Shown here: one piece after another, positions 19,024 through 29,085 of the stretch | Numbering within the stretch: position 1 is the first letter of the stretch | How the letters are laid out: each line of letters begins with the position of its first letter | Source: a bacterium | Lineage (GTDB): Bacteria > Zhuqueibacterota > Zhuqueibacteria > Residuimicrobiales > Krinioviventaceae | Assembly: GCA_963693055.1 (NCBI GenBank) | Contig: OY843751.1 | Span: 1,568,001-1,632,000 of the forward strand | Direction of reading: 5' to 3' | DNA length: 64,000 nucleotides | Position numbers and translations under genes: made by a program | The notes under the pieces: model-generated | Told to the model about the DNA's origin: nothing | Databases searched by the model: none | What the model saw: the letters and a program-made list of their open reading frames with translations, nothing else

Positions 19024-20241
19024 TTATTTTATAATTTCTCTAGGAAATTCAACACGAAAATCAGCGCCACTTTTCTCAGCAGCCATTAATTGAATATTCC
19101 CTTTGTTGGATGTTGCCAACTCCCAGCAAGAGTATAGTCCCAAACCAGATCCCTTTGTATTGCTTGTTTTTGAATCTTCCAGTTGTTTTGATGAATAAAA
19201 AGGTTCAAAAATGTGTGATTCAATTTCTTTTGGTATACCAGGACCATTGTCTGAAACCTGAAACCAAACATTGTTTTTATCTTTTCCCGTCTTTATTTGA
19301 ATAATTGGTGATTCACATTCTTCCCGCAAGGCATCAATGCTGTTTTTAACAAGGTTGTGAAGTACTTGAGCAATTTCTACAGGAATAACGTTGCATAATA
19401 ATTGTTCTGGTGAAAATTCAGTTTTTATTGCAACATCTAAATGATAGTTGTTATCAGCTTCAATATATTGCTGTTCCTGTTTTATTAATTCGTTGAGATC
19501 TATTATCTCAAATTCTGCATTTCTGTCTTTGCGTCCTTTAATTAAAATTGTATTTATGATGTTCATTAATTTTTCTGAAGATTTTTCAATTATGCTTTTG
19601 TTTCTGGCAATTTTTAATATTGTTTCATTACAAGCTTCTAATGATTCATTTTGGTTTTTATAGTCTTTAATTATTTCTGAAATAATCTCTGTTCCACCTA
19701 TAATCCCTGTTAATGGATTTTTCAGGTTATGCAAGATACCTTGAATTGAAAGGCTAACAGCGGCTTGTCTTTCTGTTTGTATCAGTTTGCGTGTACGTTC
19801 TTTGAGAATTTTTTCAAGATTTTTGTTGTATTCCCTGATTTGGTCTTGGGCTTTTTTAAGCGAAATATAGTTTTTTACACGGATCAATACTTCTTGTGTA
19901 ACAAATGGCTTTGTTATATAATCCAATGCACCTGTTTCCAAACCTTTAACTTTATCCTCGGTGTCAATACAACCGGTTAGGAAAATAATGGGTATTTCTT
20001 TAAGCTTTTCAATTGATTTTATCTTTTGGCTTAATTGAAAACCATTCAATACAGGCATCATTACATCTAACAAGATTAAATCTATATCATTTTCTTCTAG
20101 TTCTATTAACGCGTCATGTCCGTTTGTTGCGGAGTAAATTTGAAAACCAGATTGTTCAAGTATACGAACAAGTGATTTAATATTCAAGGGTTCATCATCA
20201 ACAATTAATATTTTTGCTTTGTTATGGTTATCAATATTCAT
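19024..20241 (-). CDS. Hybrid receiver-histidine kinase
   Basis: REC (VDDE...LDVMMP...KP), GILHNLKNPL H-box, NLVKNS, DNGPG, GSGLGL; likely start MNIDN at 20241. Confidence 0.9.
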   Translation of the reverse strand: MNIDNHNKAKILIVDDEPLNIKSLVRILEQSGFQIYSATNGHDALIELEENDIDLILLDVMMPVLNGFQLSQKIKSIEKLKEIPIIFLTGCIDTEDKVKGLETGALDYITKPFVTQEVLIRVKNYISLKKAQDQIREYNKNLEKILKERTRKLIQTERQAAVSLSIQGILHNLKNPLTGIIGGTEIISEIIKDYKNQNESLEACNETILKIARNKSIIEKSSEKLMNIINTILIKGRKDRNAEFEIIDLNELIKQEQQYIEADNNYHLDVAIKTEFSPEQLLCNVIPVEIAQVLHNLVKNSIDALREECESPIIQIKTGKDKNNVWFQVSDNGPGIPKEIESHIFEPFYSSKQLEDSKTSNTKGSGLGLYSCWELATSNKGNIQLMAAEKSGADFRVEFPREIIK

Positions 20242-20369
20242 TTTACACCTTGAGTAATTATAATGATATATTATTATTAAATGTAGCATAAATTATTCCA
20301 TCAAGATAATTGTTGATATAATAGTTGTTTTTTCTTACTATCAAATAATTAATATATTTGGATTTTGTT

Positions 20370-21191
20370 ATGAAAAAAGCATCTTTTGTTTTTGAAAAAA
20401 ATCAAGTCATTGGAAGCATTATACCGGGTTTGATACATGAAATAAATAATCCCCTGACATTCCTGAATAGTAATAATTCATCATTACTACAATATTTTTC
20501 TGTAATTAAAGAATATATAGAATTATTGGAAAAGAATTCATCTGATCTGGATGACGAAAAAAAGCAAGAGATATTGCAATTTAAATCTGATAAAAATATT
20601 GATTTTCTTTTGGAGGATATAACTGATATTCTGGATGAATGCTCGGAAGGATTGCAACGCATTCAAAAAATAGTATCTAGTATGAAAAATATGTACCAAA
20701 CATCATCTGAACAGCAATTTGATTCTGTTGATTTGAATGATTTATTGTCAAATCTTGTTGTCTTGACGCGCAATGAAATTAAATACCACGCAAATGTTAA
20801 TTTTAAAAGTAATGATCTGCCCATGATTCAATGTAATTCTAGTCTGCTATCCTGGATATTATTCAAGAGTTTTTTGACTGCTAGCCAATTGTTGAAAATA
20901 ATCATGACAGATGATGTTGCATTTTTTAATATTCAAACAAAAATTGAATCAGATAATGTTTTGATTCAAATTGATTTTTTCAATTCTACACTTGATAGTG
21001 TAGATGATGAGAATACAATATTGGAAAAGTTGAATACAGTTTTAATGGAAAAGTATAGATTTGTATTTGAACCAATGATTATTTCTCAAGAATTGAAAAG
21101 ATGCTTTAATGATGGTGAGGGATCGTTTAGTTATATTTTTACCGGTCCAGAACCGGGATTTAGATTTTTTTTACCCTTGCAGAATGATTGA
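20370..21191 (+). CDS. HisKA protein with degenerate ATPase domain (putative histidine phosphotransferase/pseudokinase)
   Basis: GLIHEINNPL H-box is present; no N-box Asn, DxGxG or GxGLG in the C-terminal half. Confidence 0.7.
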   Translation: MKKASFVFEKNQVIGSIIPGLIHEINNPLTFLNSNNSSLLQYFSVIKEYIELLEKNSSDLDDEKKQEILQFKSDKNIDFLLEDITDILDECSEGLQRIQKIVSSMKNMYQTSSEQQFDSVDLNDLLSNLVVLTRNEIKYHANVNFKSNDLPMIQCNSSLLSWILFKSFLTASQLLKIIMTDDVAFFNIQTKIESDNVLIQIDFFNSTLDSVDDENTILEKLNTVLMEKYRFVFEPMIISQELKRCFNDGEGSFSYIFTGPEPGFRFFLPLQND

Positions 21192-21211
21192 TTTTTTAAG
21201 GAGTTTTAAAA

Positions 21212-21865
21212 ATGGAATCTACTGAAAATGGATCTGTATTATTTTTAGATGATGATAAAAGTATTTTAAAGATGTTTAAAAGAATTTTTATTAATGAACC
21301 CCTTGAAACGTTTTATTCAGATTCTGTTTCTGATGCAATTTCTATTTTGGAAAATAATGAAATTGAAATTGTTGTATCTGACTTGACAATACCAGGACAG
21401 GGAGGACTGAAATTTTTAAATATTGTACGTGAAAAATTTCCGCATATTATTCGAATTGTTATTACAGGGCATGCAGAGATGCCGTTGACATTAAAGCAGC
21501 AAAAAGATGATCCTGTATTTAGATATATTGTTAAACCCTGGCCCAATGATCACGAGTTGGTTAATACTGTGAAGCAGGCTTTGGAATTGTTCAAGTATAA
21601 AAAGTTTTGGTTTGAGAACAAATATAGCCAAAACAAAAAGAGTAATGAGGGTGAGGCAGATAATGATGTACATGGTGAAAAAAACGATCCTGAAAAATTA
21701 AAAATTGTTCTCCATTTTTTGAATAATGATGTCAACAATTTTGTACATTCTTGTGATGCAATGATAAACAAGGATGTTAAAAAATATGTAGAAATTTCTC
21801 GTTATGTTAATTTTAAAAAAGATCTGGAACATATTTTACATTTTATTAACAGTTTGAATGATTAA
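21212..21865 (+). CDS. Response regulator with uncharacterised C-terminal extension
   Basis: FLDDD, VSDLTIP, VITG, KPW motifs. Confidence 0.85.
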   Translation: MESTENGSVLFLDDDKSILKMFKRIFINEPLETFYSDSVSDAISILENNEIEIVVSDLTIPGQGGLKFLNIVREKFPHIIRIVITGHAEMPLTLKQQKDDPVFRYIVKPWPNDHELVNTVKQALELFKYKKFWFENKYSQNKKSNEGEADNDVHGEKNDPEKLKIVLHFLNNDVNNFVHSCDAMINKDVKKYVEISRYVNFKKDLEHILHFINSLND

Positions 21866-21950
21866 TTTTCTTTTTATTATTATCTATGTATATTTCTATT
21901 AATCATAGTAATATTATTAATTTTGTGGGGAATTTGCAATAGGGGTGTAT

Positions 21951-23990
21951 ATGAACTCCAATAACAGTATATTCGTTTATCTTTTTATTTTGTCAGTTTT
22001 GAATACATGCAGTGCGTTTGCAGGGTGGGTAGAAAATCCGGATTTTTTCAATCGGTCTGATTTAACCCAAAATAATAACGGCTATGTGTTTGCCTTGGGC
22101 GATATGGATCATGACGGCTTTGCGGATCTGATAACCAGTGGGGAAGATGGGTGCCGGTTTTTCAAGAACCGGGGAGATGGGAGTAACATTAAATTTGATT
22201 TGATGGAGGCATGGGGACAATCATTAAAAGATATCGTAATGTATTGGGGATTTCAGCCTATTCTTACTGATTTAAATAATGACGGATACAGCGATCTGAT
22301 TTATTACAAGGATTACAATACTTTTACCTGTTGGTTGAATACCGGTAAAAGCGATGTTATAGATTTTGTGCAGGCAGACTCGCTGATTAATGGTATTCAA
22401 TTGGCCGGATTCGAGTTGAAATCCATTGCCGATCTGGACCATGATGGAGATCAGGATGTACTGGCAACACAATCCGGTATATATTATGTCTTGCGAAATA
22501 CAGGCACCAGACTTGATCCTGTTTGGGAAAGAGATACGAATCCCATCACTATTATTGGAAATGAAAGTTGTATGACTCTGTCTGCCATGTTTGTGGATTG
22601 GGACCATGATGATGAATATGAGCTTGCAGTTTCACTGGGTTGGCCAGAAGCAAGTGGATACATGGCTATCGCAGAAAATACGGGTAGCTCGGATAATATG
22701 GTTTATGATTTTTCGAAAAATCGATTATATCTGCATACTTACTGGGGATTTAATTACACTTTTGGCGATGTAACAGGAGATGATAAAGTTGAACTGATGA
22801 GTCCCGATCATTTTTGGGGTTTAACTTGCTGGAATATAAATACACTAACGGATGATCCTTTTATCAAATTAAAATCCTGGCAACGTATTGCGGGTAATCG
22901 TGAAACAGCATTTGAAATAAAATCAATATCAAAACATGGAGATTGTGAATTACAAATTTTATCCATGTCATCTTTTTCAGATTATTGGAGTGGTTATCTG
23001 AGTTTGGAAAAATTTTCAATCTCGGATTCTAATGTTACATTGACAAGAATGGGCACTGTTGCCGGAACTGGAAGGCTTTTATATCCCAGTATACAAACAG
23101 TTGATTTGGGTCAGGATGGATCTTTTTTACTCATGTCAGCAAAGCTCATGCAGGGGGAATATTGGGAAGCTGTACCTGTTGGAAGTGAAGTGATTGTCCA
23201 AACGATAGAACCAAATCCTTATGATTATCCTTTTTATGATTTGTTTCAACAGTTCTATGGGGATTCGGTCTACTATGATCCGAAAATGGTGGATATTAAT
23301 CATGACGGTACCCTGGATCTGTTGATGCAGGAATCAGGTTTGTATATGTTTTGGGAGAATACGGGTACACTCTATGAACCGCACTGGGAAAAACGTCCGG
23401 AATGGCTTAGTGGCCTTGCAGAACATTATTATTACCAGTGCGCAATTGTTGATATGAACAATGACGGTTTGGAAGATATTGTGTTCAGTGAATCTAGTGC
23501 ACCTATGACATTATTTTTAAATACGGGTACCAATAGTCTGCCACATTGGACATATGATGCAGGTGTATTTGAGGATTTACCTGTTTATGAATGTATAACA
23601 CACAATTTTTATGATGTTGATGATGACGGTGATCAGGACTTGATATTCAGTGATGAAGCAGGCGAATTATATTGTTATTTGAACGATGGCGTTAATGTTG
23701 GAATTGATCAAGTGATAATGCAGCCGCACCAATTTGTGTTAGAGCAGAACTATCCAAATCCCTTCAATCCTGAAACAACGATAAGGTACAAGTTGACGGA
23801 GCAGGCATGGGTAGAGATCAGTATTTTCGACATCACTGGCAGAAAGATCAATACGTTGGTAAATGAACATCAGGCAGCGGGAGCATATTCGGTACGGTTT
23901 GATAGCAGCGACCTAGCGAGCGGAGTGTATATTTATACGATTGAAGCAGGGGATTACCGCGAGAGCAAAAAGATGGTGGTGGTGAGATAA
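21951..23990 (+). CDS. Secreted FG-GAP/VCBS-repeat protein with C-terminal sorting domain
   Basis: Repeated DxDxDGxxD calcium-blade motifs (DMDHDGFAD, DLNNDGYSD, DLDHDGDQD, DINHDGTLD, DVDDDGDQD); QNYPNPFNP tail. Confidence 0.88.
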   Translation: MNSNNSIFVYLFILSVLNTCSAFAGWVENPDFFNRSDLTQNNNGYVFALGDMDHDGFADLITSGEDGCRFFKNRGDGSNIKFDLMEAWGQSLKDIVMYWGFQPILTDLNNDGYSDLIYYKDYNTFTCWLNTGKSDVIDFVQADSLINGIQLAGFELKSIADLDHDGDQDVLATQSGIYYVLRNTGTRLDPVWERDTNPITIIGNESCMTLSAMFVDWDHDDEYELAVSLGWPEASGYMAIAENTGSSDNMVYDFSKNRLYLHTYWGFNYTFGDVTGDDKVELMSPDHFWGLTCWNINTLTDDPFIKLKSWQRIAGNRETAFEIKSISKHGDCELQILSMSSFSDYWSGYLSLEKFSISDSNVTLTRMGTVAGTGRLLYPSIQTVDLGQDGSFLLMSAKLMQGEYWEAVPVGSEVIVQTIEPNPYDYPFYDLFQQFYGDSVYYDPKMVDINHDGTLDLLMQESGLYMFWENTGTLYEPHWEKRPEWLSGLAEHYYYQCAIVDMNNDGLEDIVFSESSAPMTLFLNTGTNSLPHWTYDAGVFEDLPVYECITHNFYDVDDDGDQDLIFSDEAGELYCYLNDGVNVGIDQVIMQPHQFVLEQNYPNPFNPETTIRYKLTEQAWVEISIFDITGRKINTLVNEHQAAGAYSVRFDSSDLASGVYIYTIEAGDYRESKKMVVVR

Positions 23991-24041
23991 ATCCACCAGA
24001 ATAGTTAGCTACGAATTTTGCTTAAAGTTGAAAAAAATTTC

Positions 24042-24118
24042 TTGCACCTTTATTAATTATTGTATACATTGTTTTATATATCAAACAAAAAGTGCCTATG
24101 AGTGTTAATGTTTGATAT
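24042..24118 (+). promoter_or_regulatory. Candidate fldA promoter and 5' leader inverted repeat
   Basis: TTGCAC-17-TACATT at 24042-24070, followed by ATATCAAACA-N21-TGTTTGATAT at 24078-24118. Confidence 0.45.
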
Positions 24119-24166
24119 GGGTATTTTCTTTTAAATTATTACAATGTAAAACAGGGAGGTGTATTT

Positions 24167-24667
24167 TTGAGTAATATAGGTATATTTTATGGTTCTTCTA
24201 CGGGAAATACTGAAGCTGCTGCTGATAAAATTAAAGCTTTTCTTGGCAGCGCTGATGTTAAAAGTATAGATGTTGCTTCAATAGATGATTTAACAAATTA
24301 TAGTAATATTTTAATTGGTTCTTCGACCTGGGGTTATGGTGAACTTCAGGATGACTGGGAAGAAACAGTTGACCAACTGACCTCGCTTGATCTTTCTGGC
24401 AAAAAGGTGGCTTTTTTCGGTTTGGGTGATCAGACCGGATACCCAGATACCTTTGTAGATGCAATGGGGTTGCTTTATGAAGCTCTTAAAAATTCAAATG
24501 CAGAGTTTATTGGTGCCTGGCCTGCGGATGATTACGATTTTGATGAATCCAAAGCTTTGGTTAATGGCAAATTTGTTGGTCTTGCCCTGGATGATGATAA
24601 CCAAGCCGACAAGACTGATGAGCGTATTGAAAAATGGACAGGTTTACTGAAAACTGAATTGCATTAA
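24167..24667 (+). CDS. fldA: Long-chain flavodoxin
   Basis: IGIFYGSSTGNTE, STWGYGELQDDW, FGLGDQ, FVGLALD; TTG start with GGAGGTG RBS. Confidence 0.95.
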   Translation: MSNIGIFYGSSTGNTEAAADKIKAFLGSADVKSIDVASIDDLTNYSNILIGSSTWGYGELQDDWEETVDQLTSLDLSGKKVAFFGLGDQTGYPDTFVDAMGLLYEALKNSNAEFIGAWPADDYDFDESKALVNGKFVGLALDDDNQADKTDERIEKWTGLLKTELH

Positions 24668-24681
24668 GAAAGAGTTAGTTT

Positions 24682-25077
24682 ATGGATATACTAGGTCATC
24701 ATATTTATGAATATAAACGTGGGGTGCGAAGTTTGATGCTCCGTACGCTTGATATTATCAATCTTGATTTGGCAATTGAACGGATAGTACGAGACGGGAT
24801 TTTCTATCATGTGCTACCGGTTACAGATAAAAAAGTGAATATATTTTTTGGAGACAAGATTTGTGTTGACATTGTAGTAGGTTTTGGAGACAAAGCCCTG
24901 CACGAGTATTCACATGAACAGGATTTTATCCTGGGTATTATGTTGGGTTACAGTCGTGTAGAACAATGTAAACGATATATAAAACGTATACACCGGGGTG
25001 TTCAGGATACAACGACTAAAAGTTTGTTTCAAGAGAGAGCTGAACTAACCCCGAAATTTATGGTACTGCAGCAATGA
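24682..25077 (+). CDS. DUF2023 family protein
   Basis: HHIYEYKRGVR...NIFFG...C...EQDFILGIMLGY...QCKRY; typical position after fldA. Confidence 0.8.
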   Translation: MDILGHHIYEYKRGVRSLMLRTLDIINLDLAIERIVRDGIFYHVLPVTDKKVNIFFGDKICVDIVVGFGDKALHEYSHEQDFILGIMLGYSRVEQCKRYIKRIHRGVQDTTTKSLFQERAELTPKFMVLQQ

Positions 25078-25101
25078 TCATGTTTGCATTCTTCCAGCCA
25101 C

Positions 25102-25143
25102 AAAAAGAAAGGGTCTGTCGCAATGACAGGCCCTTTTGATTTT
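25102..25143. terminator. Bidirectional intrinsic terminator
   Basis: AAAGGGTCTGTC-GCAAT-GACAGGCCCTTT with A/T tracts, between convergent genes. Confidence 0.75.
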
Positions 25144-26117
25144 TATCCCTGGTACCAAAAAGCACGATACCAATAATGTTTACGTAATTTATTCATCAAT
25201 GCTTCCGGTATATCCGCAAGATCAGACATAGCTGTATTCATTTCTGCCTGATGCACGTTGCGCACACCGGTAATGACTGTACTAACAGCCGGATGCTGGA
25301 GCGCGAATTTTACTGCGGCTTCTGGCAGGGTATAATCACTGCCTTCCAGATCTGCTTTGATGTTGTCCAGTCTGTTGAGCGTATCTTCAAGACGGTCACC
25401 TTTGAAATATTTGTTACGAAAATCACCATCCGGGAATTTGTGTCCGCGATTATATTTACCGGTCAAAATGCCTTCGTCAAAGACAACCCGAACGATAATA
25501 CCCACATTATGCTTTTGCGCCAGAGGTAACAGTTCTGCAGCGGGTTCCTGTTCAAACAGGTTATAGATAACCTGTACCGTATCCAGATAGCCCTGCCGCA
25601 TCAGGTCGTTAACCGCGTTTTGGTCTGGTTCCGGTGTTGAAATACCAATATGTTTAATTTTGCCTTCTTGCTGGAGTTTTTTCAGAATATCGAATGGTCG
25701 TGGATCGTGGTTCCATGCGCGGGTCCAGGTGTGGAGCTGGAGAATGTCCAGACACTCAGTATTCAGATTACGCAGTCGCTGTTCCACATTCTGTCGCACA
25801 TATTTTTCAGAATAGCGTTCATCCATATTACAATAGGGAGAGGGAGGCCAGGGGCCGGCATCGGGGGGCGTTTTGGTAGCAACAATTAACTCTTCTTTTC
25901 TTTCTTTCAGTATTTTGGCAATGAGTCTTTCGCTCCCGCCATCACCATAACCTGCTGCAGTGTCGATAAAATTCACACCATTATCAATTGCCTTGTGCAG
26001 GGCTTTGAGAGATTCATTATCATCCTGAGTGCCCCACATGGATTCTCCAATAGCCCATGCGCCAAAACCAATTTCAGAGATTTCAAGGTTTGTACGTCCG
26101 AGTGTACGATATTTCAT
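25143..26117 (-). CDS. Aldo/keto reductase
   Basis: IGFGAW, DTAAGYG, ATK, LQLH, QVIYN. Confidence 0.93.
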   Translation of the reverse strand: MKYRTLGRTNLEISEIGFGAWAIGESMWGTQDDNESLKALHKAIDNGVNFIDTAAGYGDGGSERLIAKILKERKEELIVATKTPPDAGPWPPSPYCNMDERYSEKYVRQNVEQRLRNLNTECLDILQLHTWTRAWNHDPRPFDILKKLQQEGKIKHIGISTPEPDQNAVNDLMRQGYLDTVQVIYNLFEQEPAAELLPLAQKHNVGIIVRVVFDEGILTGKYNRGHKFPDGDFRNKYFKGDRLEDTLNRLDNIKADLEGSDYTLPEAAVKFALQHPAVSTVITGVRNVHQAEMNTAMSDLADIPEALMNKLRKHYWYRAFWYQG

Positions 26118-26169
26118 AGTTGCTCCTTTTTATCAGTACTAACAGGATTGGGGAGGAAATTAATTCCAA

Positions 26170-26973
26170 TTATTCTTTGATTGCCATTCCTTTGAACCAG
26201 GTATAGAAAAAAGTGCCGTCAGGTAGAGTACCGGAACTGCCCAGTTCTGAGATTCCCCGTTCCCAGGTTTCAATATCTACAATCTTTTCATCCAGAATTT
26301 GCTTTTTGGAGGATTGAACCATAGGAACAATGATCTTGTTAACCATTCCCTCCAGTGCGTTTTTCTTTCCCAAATCTCCATAAATATAACGTGGTGATAC
26401 GTCCTGAACTTTTAACCCGGATTCATGCAATAGCGGATATAAACGTCTACCAATATTTGGATCGTGTCCCAGTTTCCGTTGTGCAGTGATAAGCGCGTTC
26501 CAGACTTTTAATGATGCATCAGTTTCCGGATTCCAGAAACAGGAGCCGTGGTCTCCTTCAATTGCTGTTAACGTACCACCGGGTTTCAATACCCGTCTGC
26601 ATTCCTGCAATGCCAGACCGGGGGTATCCAGATGTTCTAAAACAAAACAAACAAATACATGATCAAATGTATTGTCATTATACGGCAGTTCAAGGATGCT
26701 ACCCTGTTGAAATTTTACATTTTTAAATCCTTTAGACTGTACCGCTTTTTCCGCTTTTGTAAGAGATTCCTCAGATATATCCAAAGATGTAAATTGTGCA
26801 TTTGGACTGTTTTTAGCAAGGATAACCGTTTGTGCGCCCACACCACAACCGGCTTCCAGGATAGATGACCCTGATGGATAGGTTGTGCCTGTGTGCAGTA
26901 TTTGTTCAAGAATTCCGGACTGATCCTGTAAGCGTTCAGATTCGCGTTCCGAATAACCATGTACGTAGCCCAT
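26170..26973 (-). CDS. Class I SAM-dependent methyltransferase
   Basis: ILEAGCGVG, FDHVFVCFVLEH, RVLKPGG. Confidence 0.9.
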   Translation of the reverse strand: MGYVHGYSERESERLQDQSGILEQILHTGTTYPSGSSILEAGCGVGAQTVILAKNSPNAQFTSLDISEESLTKAEKAVQSKGFKNVKFQQGSILELPYNDNTFDHVFVCFVLEHLDTPGLALQECRRVLKPGGTLTAIEGDHGSCFWNPETDASLKVWNALITAQRKLGHDPNIGRRLYPLLHESGLKVQDVSPRYIYGDLGKKNALEGMVNKIIVPMVQSSKKQILDEKIVDIETWERGISELGSSGTLPDGTFFYTWFKGMAIKE

Positions 26974-27168
26974 GTAAACCTCTATTTATATGATAAACCA
27001 TTGTATGTTCTTTTATAATATTGTATAAAGAAAAGGTTCCAGAATTTTACATAAAAAATATTGCCAAGAAATGCTAAAAAAAGATTGAAATGGTTTTTCA
27101 TCCTAACTTTTATGGGGATTAAATTCAATCTAACAATTTCAAAGGCCCAACAGTCGAAAAGTAAAAGT

Positions 27169-27572
27169 TTAATGCTTTTTTCTGGAATAGAAATAACTGA
27201 AAGTGAATTTTGCTACCAGCGCAATTCTAAGTATAATACTTTTTATAAATCCCTGGCCATTCAAGAGATTTGGAAAAATAAAAAGTTCGGTAATAACAGA
27301 AAAGAGTAAGAGCAGAGCAGTTATGACCAACAAGTCTCTGCGTTCAAGAGGTTTCCGGTATCCCATGCCAGTATGATGGTCCAACCGGTCATAAACAAAG
27401 CTGCAATATACATGGCAAGCTGATAATCCGGTCCTGCTCCGGTATGGCCATTCAAATAATTGGGGATATTGATACCAAAAGCGATCATGTACCAGTTTAG
27501 TGCCACTATTGCATCTGCAATGGTGCCGATAAGGAAACTCAGTTTTAACCAGAAAACTGCTTTGGTATTCAT
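27169..27572 (-). pseudogene. Four-TM membrane protein split by a 1-nt frameshift (pseudogene or sequencing error)
   Basis: MNTKAVFWLKLSF...MTGWTIILAW in one frame continues as GYRKPLERRDLLVITALL... in another; the junction is a G-run (TGG-GA-TAC) at 27361-27364. Confidence 0.7.
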
Positions 27573-27632
27573 AATGGATCCTTGAATTATAAAAAGAAAC
27601 GAGCGATGCAAATTGCACATCGCCCGTTTAGG

Positions 27633-28028
27633 TCAGGGGATAAAACGTATAATAAGGGGATAGCGATATCGCTCGCCATCTCTGGCCCGTAAAGCTGCAA
27701 TGATTGATACAACCAATGCAAAAATTGCTACTGCAACTACTAGTGGTATACCCACCGCTACAAATACCAGAATAATGGAAACAATCATGTAAATCATTAT
27801 ACTGAGCTGAAAATTCACAGCTTCTTTACCCTGGTCTGCAACCAACTCATATTTGTCCCGGTAGATGAGATATAGCACCAGGGGAATAATAACATTGGCT
27901 GGTGGAAATAGCATGCCAATTAATCCACCCAGGTGGCAAAAGGATGCCAGCATGCGTTCATCACCGAGGGGAGATGGATTTGTTGGGGGTGTTTCAGTTG
28001 TTTCCGGAGCTTTTTGCTCTTCACTCAT
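27633..28028 (-). CDS. DUF4870 membrane protein
   Basis: ASFCHLGG...PLVLYL...QGKEAVNFQLS...YRYPLIIRF. Confidence 0.9.
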   Translation of the reverse strand: MSEEQKAPETTETPPTNPSPLGDERMLASFCHLGGLIGMLFPPANVIIPLVLYLIYRDKYELVADQGKEAVNFQLSIMIYMIVSIILVFVAVGIPLVVAVAIFALVVSIIAALRARDGERYRYPLIIRFIP

Positions 28029-28139
28029 GTTGTCTCCTTTATGTTTATTATAATATACGATCAGTTTTTAAAATTGTTACTAATTTTACTATATATTATA
28101 CACTTTTCCTTTATGGAATATTCAATATACTCCATATTT

Positions 28140-29036
28140 TTATTTTTTGGATATTCCCATTACATCCATCCAATCGATGAGGCGTGTGGGCCAGGAGGTA
28201 ACAGGACCGCCTTTAACACCCAGACCGAATCCATGTCCGCCTTTTAAATATACGTGCATTTCTGCCGGTGTGTTTTGTTCCAGGAGTAAACGGTATAAAT
28301 GTGTTGATTTCAACGCAGGTGTGGTTTTGTCATCTGCTGCCTGAATGAGAAATGTTGGTGGAAAGGGATTGGGGATCATTTCGTCAGTAATATTGATTAG
28401 CCAGGGGTAAACCAGTACCGCATAATCGGGATGACTGCTAACGCGCGCAACAGGATCTGCTGCTGCGGGATCTCCGGCATTTCCTAAAATTGATACATTA
28501 CAGGCAAGGTTTCCACCAGCAGAGAAACCCATTACACCGATCTTTTCAGGATCAATATTCCATTTTTTTGCATGATAACGGGTGATCTGTACTGCCCGCA
28601 ATCCGTCAGCAAATATCGCATCCAGTTTGGTCTTGTCGGTGTTGTCACCTTTCATGGGATCGTGAACCGGCCAGGTACGATATTTTACCACAATTGCTGC
28701 AATGCCATGAGAGTTTAATACTTTGGCTACATCATAACCTTCTTTATCGATGGTGACTTTGACGTATCCACCACCGGGATAAATGACAATAGCCGCGCCG
28801 GTGGCTTTATCTTGATCAGGAAGGTATACGGTTATATTGGGTTCGGAAACATGCCAGTACGCGCGGTTGAATCCCAGTTCGTTGCGATCTGATTCGCGAT
28901 TTTCAAGTTCTTCCGGTTTTTCATGCTGAATGGTATTGATAGGAGGCGTTCCCGGCCAAAGGGGCAGGATTTCTGGTGTTTGAGCATAGATGTATTGGCT
29001 TATTGTCAAACAGATCAAAAATAATAATATCTTCAT
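28140..29036 (-). CDS. Secreted alpha/beta hydrolase (carbohydrate esterase/BD-FAE-like)
   Basis: PGGGY, GFSAGG nucleophile elbow, DD, GGHGFG; start moved to MKILLF at 29036. Confidence 0.9.
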   Translation of the reverse strand: MKILLFLICLTISQYIYAQTPEILPLWPGTPPINTIQHEKPEELENRESDRNELGFNRAYWHVSEPNITVYLPDQDKATGAAIVIYPGGGYVKVTIDKEGYDVAKVLNSHGIAAIVVKYRTWPVHDPMKGDNTDKTKLDAIFADGLRAVQITRYHAKKWNIDPEKIGVMGFSAGGNLACNVSILGNAGDPAAADPVARVSSHPDYAVLVYPWLINITDEMIPNPFPPTFLIQAADDKTTPALKSTHLYRLLLEQNTPAEMHVYLKGGHGFGLGVKGGPVTSWPTRLIDWMDVMGISKK

Positions 29037-29085
29037 TTTTCCCTCTTGAATAATCAATGATTTTTTATGGAAATAGTAATAATTT

